Under the pieces are notes generated by a model, which had not been told where the DNA came from, made no database searches, and saw only the letters and a list, made by a program, of their open reading frames with translations. Below are positions 25,963 to 33,574 of a stretch of 35,681 nucleotides of DNA, piece after piece. A program made the position numbers and the translations under genes. This DNA is from Syntrophomonadaceae bacterium. GTDB lineage: Bacteria > Bacillota > Dethiobacteria > DTU022 > UBA8154. The DNA is taken from contig SKTJ01000079.1 of the NCBI GenBank assembly GCA_007122565.1, forward strand, positions 1 to 35,681, read 5' to 3'. Position 1 is the first letter of the stretch; the number at the start of each line of letters is the position of its first letter.

Positions 25963-27037
25963 AAAATTCAATGTGCAGGATATGCGTGAAGGAATGATGC
26001 GTGTTAAAGATGAGCTGGGTCCTAATGCGATCATTCTGGAAAGCCGGCGTGTGCGCTCGAAAGGATTAATTGGGTTTTTTGCTCCGTCCCGCATAGAGCT
26101 TACCGCCGCTGTGGATAATACTGCTTCCCGCACCCATGATCCGGAACCACCCCCACCCCGGGAGTTGGATAAGGGGATCCGCGAAGAACTGTCCGACTTG
26201 AAAAAAATTATTTCACGTCTGGTGGTGCGGGAGGAAAAACCTGCAGAGGCGAAAGGCAAGGAAAGTGAACTGTTGCAGAGGTGGCGTGTACACCTGGAGC
26301 AGCAGGAGGTCATTCCGGAACTGATCCATGAGCTCCTGGAAGAATTGAGCAGTTTTGTTAATGAAGAACTGCGCCTTCCTGAAGAGGTGGCATCCCTTTT
26401 CCTGCGCAAGAGCCTGCGTAAGCGCTTAAAGACAATGCCGGAAAAAGGGGCTCCGGTACAGGTTTTTGTCGGCCCCACCGGGGTGGGCAAAACCACAACC
26501 CTGGCAAAGCTGGCAGCGCGCTACGCCCTTTACCAGGGGGAGAAGGTGGGGATCATTACCATTGATCATTATCGCATCGGTGCTTTGGAGCAGTTGCGTA
26601 CTTATTCGGACATTACGGGACTGCCCCTGGAAGTGGTGATGACGCCAAAGGATCTGCGCCGTGCAATTGAAAAGTTTAGCTGGTGTCAGCGTATCCTCAT
26701 TGACACTGCCGGCCGCAGCACCCTCAACACATCACATATTCAGGAACTTGCCGGATATCTGCAAAATTTACCGCCGGCCGAGATATTTCTGGTGAACAGC
26801 GCCACCACCAAGATGCGGGACTTGAAGCTAATAACGGATAACTTTCGTTCTATGAATTATAATCGACTTATTTTTACCAAGCTTGATGAGACGGCTTCAT
26901 ATGGTCTTTTGCTAAACAGCATCCATTACACCCGCTTACCCCTTATTTACCTGACGATGGGGCAAAGCGTGCCGGATGATATTTGTGTGGCAGATGTAGA
27001 TAAAATCGCCGCTTTGATTCTGGGGGAGGAAGAATAA
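25952..27037 (+). CDS. flhF: Flagellar biosynthesis SRP-type GTPase FlhF
   Basis: MKVRKFNVQDMREGMMRVKDELGPNAIIL, G1 GPTGVGKTTT, DTAGR, TKLDET. Confidence 0.92.
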   Translation: MKVRKFNVQDMREGMMRVKDELGPNAIILESRRVRSKGLIGFFAPSRIELTAAVDNTASRTHDPEPPPPRELDKGIREELSDLKKIISRLVVREEKPAEAKGKESELLQRWRVHLEQQEVIPELIHELLEELSSFVNEELRLPEEVASLFLRKSLRKRLKTMPEKGAPVQVFVGPTGVGKTTTLAKLAARYALYQGEKVGIITIDHYRIGALEQLRTYSDITGLPLEVVMTPKDLRRAIEKFSWCQRILIDTAGRSTLNTSHIQELAGYLQNLPPAEIFLVNSATTKMRDLKLITDNFRSMNYNRLIFTKLDETASYGLLLNSIHYTRLPLIYLTMGQSVPDDICVADVDKIAALILGEEE

Positions 27038-27933
27038 TGGCGGACCAGGCGGAACGTTTACGGGCAATAGTACAGGGTCAGCGGGATATGGGATCATCGC
27101 GCCCGAAGGGCGCATCCCGTACGATCGTCGTAGCCAGTGGTAAGGGGGGCGTGGGTAAAACCAACCTTGTGATCAACATGGCCCTTACCATGGGACAACT
27201 GGGGCGTAAGACCATGATCCTGGACGCGGATCTGGGGATGGCCAATGTGGATATTCTTCTGGATCTTAAACCTGTTTATACACTTATTGATGTAATGAGC
27301 GGTAAGAAAGAACTGCAGGAGGTAATCCTGCGCGGGCCTTATAACCTGGAAGTCCTGCCGGGCGGTTCCTGCATCCCGGAAATCATTAACATGGACACCC
27401 GGCAACGGGAGCAGCTTATTTCCCGCCTTTCCTATCTGGAGAATGAGGTGGATATTCTGTTCATTGACTGCTCTGCCGGTATTTCCCGTAATGTGCTCAG
27501 TTTTATCGCTGCTGCCGACGACCTGGTACTAATAACCACGCCGGAGCCTACGGCGATTACTGATGTTTACAGCGTAATCAAGATTGTTGATAAGTATTGT
27601 ATGCACGCCAGTGTAGGTCTTATTGTCAATATGGTTGGCAGTATGCGGGAAGGTGAACAGATCTTTGATCGGATTGCCCGCGTTTGCCATAATTTTCTTA
27701 ACCTGAAACTTACCCATGTGGGGAGTGTTGATTTTGATCAGCATGTGCAAAAAGCAGTGATTAACTGCTCACCGTATGTGCTCCAGTATCCCCGCTCCCG
27801 GGCGGCCCAGGCCACACAACAGATTGCACGCCACCTGCTGGGGGTGGATACAGCCAAACTTTCGGGAAGAAAAGAAAATGGGTTTGTCAGGCGCCTTTTC
27901 CAGCGTTGGGTAGGCGAGACTGCTGAACGATAG
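27037..27933 (+). CDS. flhG: MinD/ParA-type ATPase FlhG (YlxH/FleN)
   Basis: Deviant Walker A ASGKGGVGKTN. The start overlaps the flhF stop (TAATG). Confidence 0.9.
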   Translation: MADQAERLRAIVQGQRDMGSSRPKGASRTIVVASGKGGVGKTNLVINMALTMGQLGRKTMILDADLGMANVDILLDLKPVYTLIDVMSGKKELQEVILRGPYNLEVLPGGSCIPEIINMDTRQREQLISRLSYLENEVDILFIDCSAGISRNVLSFIAAADDLVLITTPEPTAITDVYSVIKIVDKYCMHASVGLIVNMVGSMREGEQIFDRIARVCHNFLNLKLTHVGSVDFDQHVQKAVINCSPYVLQYPRSRAAQATQQIARHLLGVDTAKLSGRKENGFVRRLFQRWVGETAER

Positions 27934-27949
27934 TTCAGGGAGACAAGAA

Positions 27950-28711
27950 ATGGCTATTAAAAAGATATTTAGGGAAAATATGCCTATCGAAGTTTACGAT
28001 GAAGATAGTGAACATTATTATAAAAGTATTATCCAGGAAGTGGAAGAAGGCTCTTTAGCTATCGGTGTGCCCATGAAGGGGCGGAACCAACTCCTCATGC
28101 GGAAAAAAAATACATATGCTTTGCGCTTGACTGTTGATGACGCCCTCTACAGCTTTAACAGTAAGATGCTCGGGCGCCGCCGTAGTGGGAATGTCTCCCT
28201 TTTCGTCCTCGAATGGCCTGAGGAGATCAAGCGCAGCCAGCGGCGGCAATTCTTCCGTATGCCTGTAACTATGGACTCCCACTACTGGATGCTTGAAAAA
28301 GGAAGCCTTGGTGCAGTAGCTACCCCGGAGGATCTACCGGTGGATGTTGAAGGCTTTATGGAACCGGAGAGCCCGCCAATCAACCTGCGCCAGCCCCTGA
28401 ATAAGCTGGTGGGCTGCCTGGGAGAACCGGATAAGGCCGTGACCCTTAATATCAGTGGCGGCGGAATTGCATTGGTAGTAAACCGTTTTATTCCCGAGGG
28501 CAGCCTCTTGGCCATGCGTATTTTTATGCAAAGTAAGGATAGCAGGAAGACAATGTTGCTGAGAGGCCGTGTGGTCCGTTCCTCCCCCATGGATGGGGGT
28601 AAGGGGCTGGTGCGCTACCGCCTGGGGATAGAATTCGAGGATATTAGCGAAAAATTAAGGGATGATCTGATAAACTTTATTTTTGTATTGTCACGGGAGA
28701 AGACCCGTTAG
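27950..28711 (+). CDS. PilZ-domain c-di-GMP receptor, flagellar brake type (YcgR/MotI-like)
   Basis: RxxxR motif in QRRQFFRMPV. D/NxSxxG motif in LNISGGGIALV. The N-terminal half resembles a YcgR-N-like domain. Confidence 0.85.
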   Translation: MAIKKIFRENMPIEVYDEDSEHYYKSIIQEVEEGSLAIGVPMKGRNQLLMRKKNTYALRLTVDDALYSFNSKMLGRRRSGNVSLFVLEWPEEIKRSQRRQFFRMPVTMDSHYWMLEKGSLGAVATPEDLPVDVEGFMEPESPPINLRQPLNKLVGCLGEPDKAVTLNISGGGIALVVNRFIPEGSLLAMRIFMQSKDSRKTMLLRGRVVRSSPMDGGKGLVRYRLGIEFEDISEKLRDDLINFIFVLSREKTR

Positions 28712-28722
28712 GGGGGGTAAAA

Positions 28723-29481
28723 TTGACCGATGAACTCTGGCAGAAATACATACAGACACGGGATAAAGATACACGGGACGCGCTGATCCAAGAGTACCTC
28801 CCCCTGGTCAAACAGATTGCGGGGCGTCTCTCCTTCGGTTTGCCGCCCCAGGTGGAAGAGGAAGATCTGGTGGGCAGCGGTGTGATTGGACTGCTGGAGG
28901 CACTGGAGCGTTTTAATACTGCTTATGATACGGGATTTAAAACTTTCGCCACCTGGCGGATCCGCGGCGCCATGCTTGATGAATTACGCAAACTGAGTTG
29001 GTCCCCCCGTTCCCTGTACCGCCGTTTACGCGAGTTGCAGGGGGCGGAACAGAAATTGTCCCACCAGTTGGGCCGCGAACCATCCACTGCCGAACTGGCA
29101 ACGGAGCTGAAATGGTCGCCGGAGGCGGTGGACCAGGTGTACAGTCAGATGAACAGCCATGCCCTTATTTCCCTGGAATCACTCCTTTTTGCTCCCGCTG
29201 CTGCGGAGGGAAAAGAAGAGGAATTGCTGCCGGCAGGGCCTTTTATTACACCGGAGGACAGTGTGGAACGGGAAGAACGGCGCTCGGTTTTAACGGGGGC
29301 GATTGCCGCACTCCCGGAACGGGACAAGTTGTTGTTGGCTCTTTATTACAAAGAAGAACTCACCCTCAAGGAGATTGGCATGGTGCTTCATGTCTCCACA
29401 GCCCGCGTTTCCCAGCTCCACGCCAGGGCGTTGCGTAGTTTGCGTGACAAGTTAACTGAGGCCGGCTATATGCAGAAATAG
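28723..29481 (+). CDS. fliA: Flagellar sigma factor FliA/SigD (sigma-28)
   Basis: Region 2 DLVGSGVIGLLEALERFN...FKTFATWRIRGAMLDELR. Region 4 LTLKEIGMVLHVSTARVSQLHARALRSLR. Confidence 0.93.
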   Translation: MTDELWQKYIQTRDKDTRDALIQEYLPLVKQIAGRLSFGLPPQVEEEDLVGSGVIGLLEALERFNTAYDTGFKTFATWRIRGAMLDELRKLSWSPRSLYRRLRELQGAEQKLSHQLGREPSTAELATELKWSPEAVDQVYSQMNSHALISLESLLFAPAAAEGKEEELLPAGPFITPEDSVEREERRSVLTGAIAALPERDKLLLALYYKEELTLKEIGMVLHVSTARVSQLHARALRSLRDKLTEAGYMQK

Positions 29482-29502
29482 CCCGGGAGGGGGAGATCGC
29501 CT

Positions 29503-29973
29503 ATGGATTCGGCTATGCTGCTGCTGGGAGTATTAATTGGATGCCTTGCCGGCTTGCTGCTTGTCTGGTACTTATGGCGTCATAGCGGAGCGGTTGAGCC
29601 TTTTTTTCAAAGATTACTGCAACAGGAGAACCGGGCGGAGGCACGCATCGATACCCGGCTGATGCTCCATGAACTGCTGCGAAAAGTGGAAGATCTGACG
29701 GCCAAGACGCAGCGTATGGATATGGAATTGCAGGATCTGCGGGAGCGTTCCCGTTACTCTGTGCCGGTAGCCGCCGAAGAACCGGAAAAGAAGAGCAATT
29801 TTTCCGAGGTTTGCCGCCTGGCCCGGGAAGGGCTTAGTGCTGATGAAATTGCCTGCCGGCTTCAGTTGGGGCAGGGAGAAGTTGAACTGTTCCTATCCCT
29901 GGAAAGGAAACCTGACTGGGTGGTTTCAGGAAATAATAATCAGAAAAAAACAACCTTAAATGATGAGACATAA
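29503..29973 (+). CDS. Hypothetical membrane-anchored protein with C-terminal HTH-like motif (swrB position)
   Basis: N-terminal TM segment LLLGVLIGCLAGLLLVWYLW, a coiled coil, then REGLSADEIACRLQLGQGEVELFLSLERK. Good RBS GGAGGGGGAG. Confidence 0.6.
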   Translation: MDSAMLLLGVLIGCLAGLLLVWYLWRHSGAVEPFFQRLLQQENRAEARIDTRLMLHELLRKVEDLTAKTQRMDMELQDLRERSRYSVPVAAEEPEKKSNFSEVCRLAREGLSADEIACRLQLGQGEVELFLSLERKPDWVVSGNNNQKKTTLNDET

Positions 29974-29983
29974 GTGCCGATAA
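29957..29983 (+). promoter_or_regulatory. Sigma-28 (SigD/FliA)-type promoter for flgF-flgG-fliM-fliN-fliY-cheW
   Basis: TAAA (29957-29960), then a 15-nt spacer, then GCCGATAA (29976-29983). This matches the consensus TAAA-N15-GCCGATAT at 11 of 12 positions. Confidence 0.7.
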
Positions 29984-30076
29984 GTAATTAGACAGAACGG
30001 TGACCGGATATGCGACGGCGGATATGGAAGAATCACGGGCGGATATGGAATCCGTCCCTATTGGAAGGAGCCTTAT

Positions 30077-30838
30077 ATGCGCGGCCTATATAATGCAGCG
30101 GGTTCAATGCTTGTCAACCAGGTTCACCTGGAAAATATCAGTAACAACCTCTCTAACCTTAACACCAATGGTTACAAACGAAGCGAAGTAATGAACAGGA
30201 GTTTTCCGGAAATTTATCTTTATCGTCTGGAGAAAACGGCGCCGCATGCAAAAACCGGTTTGTATGGTCCCATCGGTGTTGCCGCTGAGAATGTTGCCGT
30301 CGGGGAGACGGTAACCATATATCTGCCCGGTGCCTTACGGGAAACAGGCAGAGAATTGGATCTGGCACTGCAAGAGCCGGGTTTTTTTATGGTAGAGACA
30401 CCTGAGGGTATGCGTTATACGCGGGACGGTCACTTTCACTTAAGTGCGGACGGAACGCTCGTCAACTCCAGGGGATTTCCTGTATGGGGGGAAGAAGGTC
30501 CGATTGTGCTGCAAACGGATCGGCCCGTTATTGACCGGGCGGGAAATATCTATGATAACGGGGAACAGGCGGCCAGGCTGCAGGTTTTTGACCTGGCTCC
30601 GGAGACATTGATCTGGAAGGAAGGTTATAGCTTATACGAGGCGATGGGAGCTGGGGAGCCGATGCTACTGGAGCAACCTTCCATTTTCCAGGGATACCTG
30701 GAAGAGGCCAACACCGATCTGGGACGGCAGATGACCGATATGATTAAAGTGCGCCGCAGCTACGAGGCGGCCCAAAAAATCTCCCAGGTTTACGACCGTC
30801 TCCTCTCCCGTGCCGCGAACGAACTGGCAAATTTATAA
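30077..30838 (+). CDS. flgF: Flagellar basal-body rod protein, FlgF/FlhO-like
   Basis: N-terminus MRGLYNAAGSMLVNQVHLENISNNLSNLNTNGYK. C-terminus QGYLEEANTDLGRQMTDMIKVRRSYEAAQKI. Confidence 0.85.
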   Translation: MRGLYNAAGSMLVNQVHLENISNNLSNLNTNGYKRSEVMNRSFPEIYLYRLEKTAPHAKTGLYGPIGVAAENVAVGETVTIYLPGALRETGRELDLALQEPGFFMVETPEGMRYTRDGHFHLSADGTLVNSRGFPVWGEEGPIVLQTDRPVIDRAGNIYDNGEQAARLQVFDLAPETLIWKEGYSLYEAMGAGEPMLLEQPSIFQGYLEEANTDLGRQMTDMIKVRRSYEAAQKISQVYDRLLSRAANELANL

Positions 30839-30846
30839 AGCAGGAG

Positions 30847-30898
30847 GAGAATTCAGAATTCAGAAGTCAGGAGTCAGGAGTCAGGAGTCAGAATAAAA
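30847..30898 (-). repeat. Repeat family F copy 2 (flgF-flgG gap), (AGGAGTC)n on the + strand
   Basis: GAGAATTCAGAATTCAGAAGTCAGGAGTCAGGAGTCAGGAGTCAGAATAAAA. The reverse complement begins TTTTATTCTGACTCCTGA, like 12055-12072. Confidence 0.85.
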
Positions 30899-30929
30899 CC
30901 GGCGGACGCCTGTAGGCAGGCGCCACAAT

Positions 30930-30968
30930 CTTTTCCTACCTGCTACCTGCTATCTAACTATCTACTGG
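30930..30968 (+). repeat. Repeat family E copy c (just upstream of flgG start)
   Basis: CTTTTCCTACCTGCTACCTGCTATCTAACTATCTACTGG. Confidence 0.75.
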
Positions 30969-30977
30969 AGGGTTACC

Positions 30978-31808
30978 ATGCTCAAAGCCATTTCTCAGAA
31001 CTATAGTGCGCTGCGGGGATTCCAGCAAATGCTTGATGTGACAGCGCATAATATTGCTAACGTAAATACGGTGGCTTACAAAGAAAAACAGCTCTCATTT
31101 CATGAATTGACTTACCGGGAACTGGCGGAAAGGCGTTTGCCCAATTCCGGGGATTCCCCCGTGCCACCACAAAGCGGCCGGGGCACCGCCGTTTCCAGTG
31201 TTGTCCCCTCACGGGAGCAGGGAGCGCTTGCTCATACGGGTAGAAATCTGGACTTGGCTGTGGTGGGGGAAGGTTTTTTTCGCGTGCTCCTGCCGGACGG
31301 CGGTTATGCTTATACACGTAGTGGAAACTTTTTCCTTGATGCGGACGGCAACTTAACCATGGCGGGAGGAATTCTTTTGGATCCGCCCCTATATTTGCAG
31401 GAACAGGAGGATATGATTGATTTTGAGAGCCTCACCGTAACGCCGGGCGGCGTGGTGCAGGCTAACCGTTTACCCCTCGCAGAAGAAGCGGATATTTTGG
31501 ATGGACCTACGGGCAATATTGCAGAGTTAGGCCAACTCCACCTTTATAATTTTATTAACCCACAGAGCCTCTCTGAGATCGGTGATAATCTCCTGCTTCC
31601 CTCTGCTGCCACTGCCCCTCCCCGGGAAGGACTTCCAGGTGCGGATGATTTCGGGGAAATGAGGCAGGGCTTCCTGGAAAATGCCAACGTGGATTTGGCG
31701 CGGCAGGTTACATCGCTTATTCGTGGGCAGAGGGCGTTGCAATCCAGTTCCCGGGCGCTGCATCTTGTGGACGAACTATGGGGCCTGACGCTTAATCTGC
31801 AATCGTAG
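30978..31808 (+). CDS. flgG: Flagellar basal-body rod protein FlgG/FlhP-like
   Basis: N-terminus LRGFQQMLDVTAHNIANVNTVAYK. C-terminus RQGFLENANVDLARQVTSLIRGQRALQSSSRAL. Confidence 0.88.
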   Translation: MLKAISQNYSALRGFQQMLDVTAHNIANVNTVAYKEKQLSFHELTYRELAERRLPNSGDSPVPPQSGRGTAVSSVVPSREQGALAHTGRNLDLAVVGEGFFRVLLPDGGYAYTRSGNFFLDADGNLTMAGGILLDPPLYLQEQEDMIDFESLTVTPGGVVQANRLPLAEEADILDGPTGNIAELGQLHLYNFINPQSLSEIGDNLLLPSAATAPPREGLPGADDFGEMRQGFLENANVDLARQVTSLIRGQRALQSSSRALHLVDELWGLTLNLQS

Positions 31809-32003
31809 CAGGTGAAACCGGTACGCCGGCAGCAATAACCCATGGTGAAAATAAGACAATTTATACCTTTAATGCAAACCCTGTCAAATAATTTGTTATA
31901 AGGGGTTTTTTTATACATAAATGTAAAATTTCTTGCTTTTGCATTTTTCAATTTTATGTTAAGATAAATGCAATCCGGGATATATTGGAGCAGGTGTAAA
32001 ATA

Positions 32004-32999
32004 ATGGCCAAAGATATTTTATCTCAAAATGAAATTGATTCCCTGATCGGTGCTTTAAGCAGCGGCATAGTGCAGACTTCAGAAAAAGAGGAAGATAATG
32101 CTGAGCATCGGGAGTACGATTTTCGCCGTCCCAGTAAATTTTCCAAGGAACATATCCGCACGTTACAATTCGTCCATGATAATTACTCCCGCATGCTTGG
32201 TAACTTTTTGGCCGCGTACCTGCGCGTTCCGGTACAGGTACAACTTGTGTCTGTAAGTCAGGTTACTTATGAAGAGTTTGTGTTTTCCCTTCCTGTTCCC
32301 ACCCTGGTCACCGTATTTAACATGAATGCGGATATGGGGAGTGCAATGTTGGAAACCAACTCTTCTTTTGTTTTCCCGCTGATTGATCTTGTGTTTGGCG
32401 GAGAGGGCAGTATTCCCAAGGATACCCGGGAACTAACTGACATCGAACTGACCGTAATGCGGCAGATTAACGAGAAGTTGCTGGATAACTTGCGTTACGT
32501 CTGGGAAGATATTGCGGACATAACACCCCGTGTGGAAGGTATGGAAACGAATCCTCAATTCAACCAGATATTTGCCTCCACGGAGACGGTGGCACTCCTC
32601 ACTTTTTCCACAATAATAAAGGGAAATCAGGGGCTGCTAAATCTTTGTTTTCCCTTTATCACATTAGAGAAGATTATGCCGAAATTAACGGCTCAGTTCT
32701 GGTTCAAACAGACGCCTCAGGAGGTCTCCCGTCTTCAGGAGATGCGTTTGCTCAGGCAACTGGAAGGAGTTGAGGTGGATGTGAGTGCTGTGCTGGGACG
32801 CACTACGGTGACGCTGGACGATTTCTTAAACTTTTCAACAGGTGATATCATCCCCCTGAATCGTATGGAAGGGGATGACCTTGATATTCTGGTAGAGGGA
32901 GAGTATTTATTTAAGGCTCAACCAGGTTCCTTCGGTCAGAATGTAGCCATACAAATTACGGAATATCACACGGTGGAAGAGGAGGAAGAACGTGCCTGA
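32004..32999 (+). CDS. fliM: Flagellar motor switch protein FliM
   Basis: N-terminus MAKDILSQNEIDSLIGAL (CheY-P binding peptide). YDFRRPSKFSKEHIRTLQ. C-terminal SpoA-like domain. Track start is 31968. Confidence 0.93.
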   Translation: MAKDILSQNEIDSLIGALSSGIVQTSEKEEDNAEHREYDFRRPSKFSKEHIRTLQFVHDNYSRMLGNFLAAYLRVPVQVQLVSVSQVTYEEFVFSLPVPTLVTVFNMNADMGSAMLETNSSFVFPLIDLVFGGEGSIPKDTRELTDIELTVMRQINEKLLDNLRYVWEDIADITPRVEGMETNPQFNQIFASTETVALLTFSTIIKGNQGLLNLCFPFITLEKIMPKLTAQFWFKQTPQEVSRLQEMRLLRQLEGVEVDVSAVLGRTTVTLDDFLNFSTGDIIPLNRMEGDDLDILVEGEYLFKAQPGSFGQNVAIQITEYHTVEEEEERA

Positions 33000-33387
33000 T
33001 AATTTTCTGAGCCAGGAAGAGATAGATGCTCTCCTTGGAGGAAAAAATGATGCGTCCCCCTCCGCCGGTGAGGAAATGATTGCACCGGATCAGTATCTCT
33101 CGTCCGATGCTGCAGCAGGGGAAGAGCCGCAAAGCCTGGAGTTTATACTCGACTTTCCGTTGCACTTATCTGTACGCCTTGGAGAAGTTAAGAAAACCTT
33201 GGAAGAAGTACGGCAGATTGGGCCCGGGACTGTGGTGGAACTGGACCGTATCATCAGTGATCCGGTTGATATATATGTAAATGGTAAGCTTATTGCCCGC
33301 GGGGATGTTATTGTTGTGGAAGAGAACTTTGGTATTAGAATTACTAATATCTTCACCCCCCTTGATAGAGTTAAAAAATTAAAGTAA
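32992..33387 (+). CDS. fliN: Flagellar motor switch protein FliN carrying an N-terminal LSQEEIDALL peptide
   Basis: MPDNFLSQEEIDALLGG. SpoA domain LHLSVRLGEVKKTLEEVRQIGPGTVVELDRIISDPVDIYVNGKLIARGDVIVVEENFGIRITNI. GTG start overlaps the fliM stop. Confidence 0.9.
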   Translation: MPDNFLSQEEIDALLGGKNDASPSAGEEMIAPDQYLSSDAAAGEEPQSLEFILDFPLHLSVRLGEVKKTLEEVRQIGPGTVVELDRIISDPVDIYVNGKLIARGDVIVVEENFGIRITNIFTPLDRVKKLK

Positions 33388-33520
33388 CTGTTCTGAAAAT
33401 GCTAAAACAAGTTGGAAAGTTGGAAAGTTGGATAGTTGGATAGGAAAAGATAAACCTTTGAAAGCTAAACATTCCGGCTATTTTCATTGTCTGCTGGTGC
33501 CGCCACCGCAGGAGGTACAC
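33384..33520 (+). repeat. Repeat family C copy 2 (fliN-fliY gap), four octamer units
   Basis: GTAACTGTTCTGAAAATGCTAAAACAAGTTGGAAAGTTGGAAAGTTGGATAGTTGGATAGGAAAAGATAAA...AACATTCCGGCTATTTTCATTGTCTGCTGGTGCCGCCACCGCAGG. Confidence 0.9.
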
Positions 33521-33574
33521 CAGCCTGTCTATCATGAAAATGGGGAAAAAAAATTGGATTTCAGGTGCTAATTA

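Noticed and set aside
30000-30191. 63-aa ORF (GTG start) across the flgF leader and the flgF 5' end
   Set aside because: Its apparent ADME...ADME repeat is simply the translated GGCGGATATGGAA direct repeat. It has no RBS and overlaps the real flgF start in another frame.
31809-32003. AT-rich 195-nt region upstream of fliM, considered as a promoter or riboswitch
   Set aside because: Several weak -35/-10-like hexamers exist (for example ATGCAA-N18-TTATAA), but none is convincing. I could find no conserved riboswitch core, such as a c-di-GMP GEMM-like motif.
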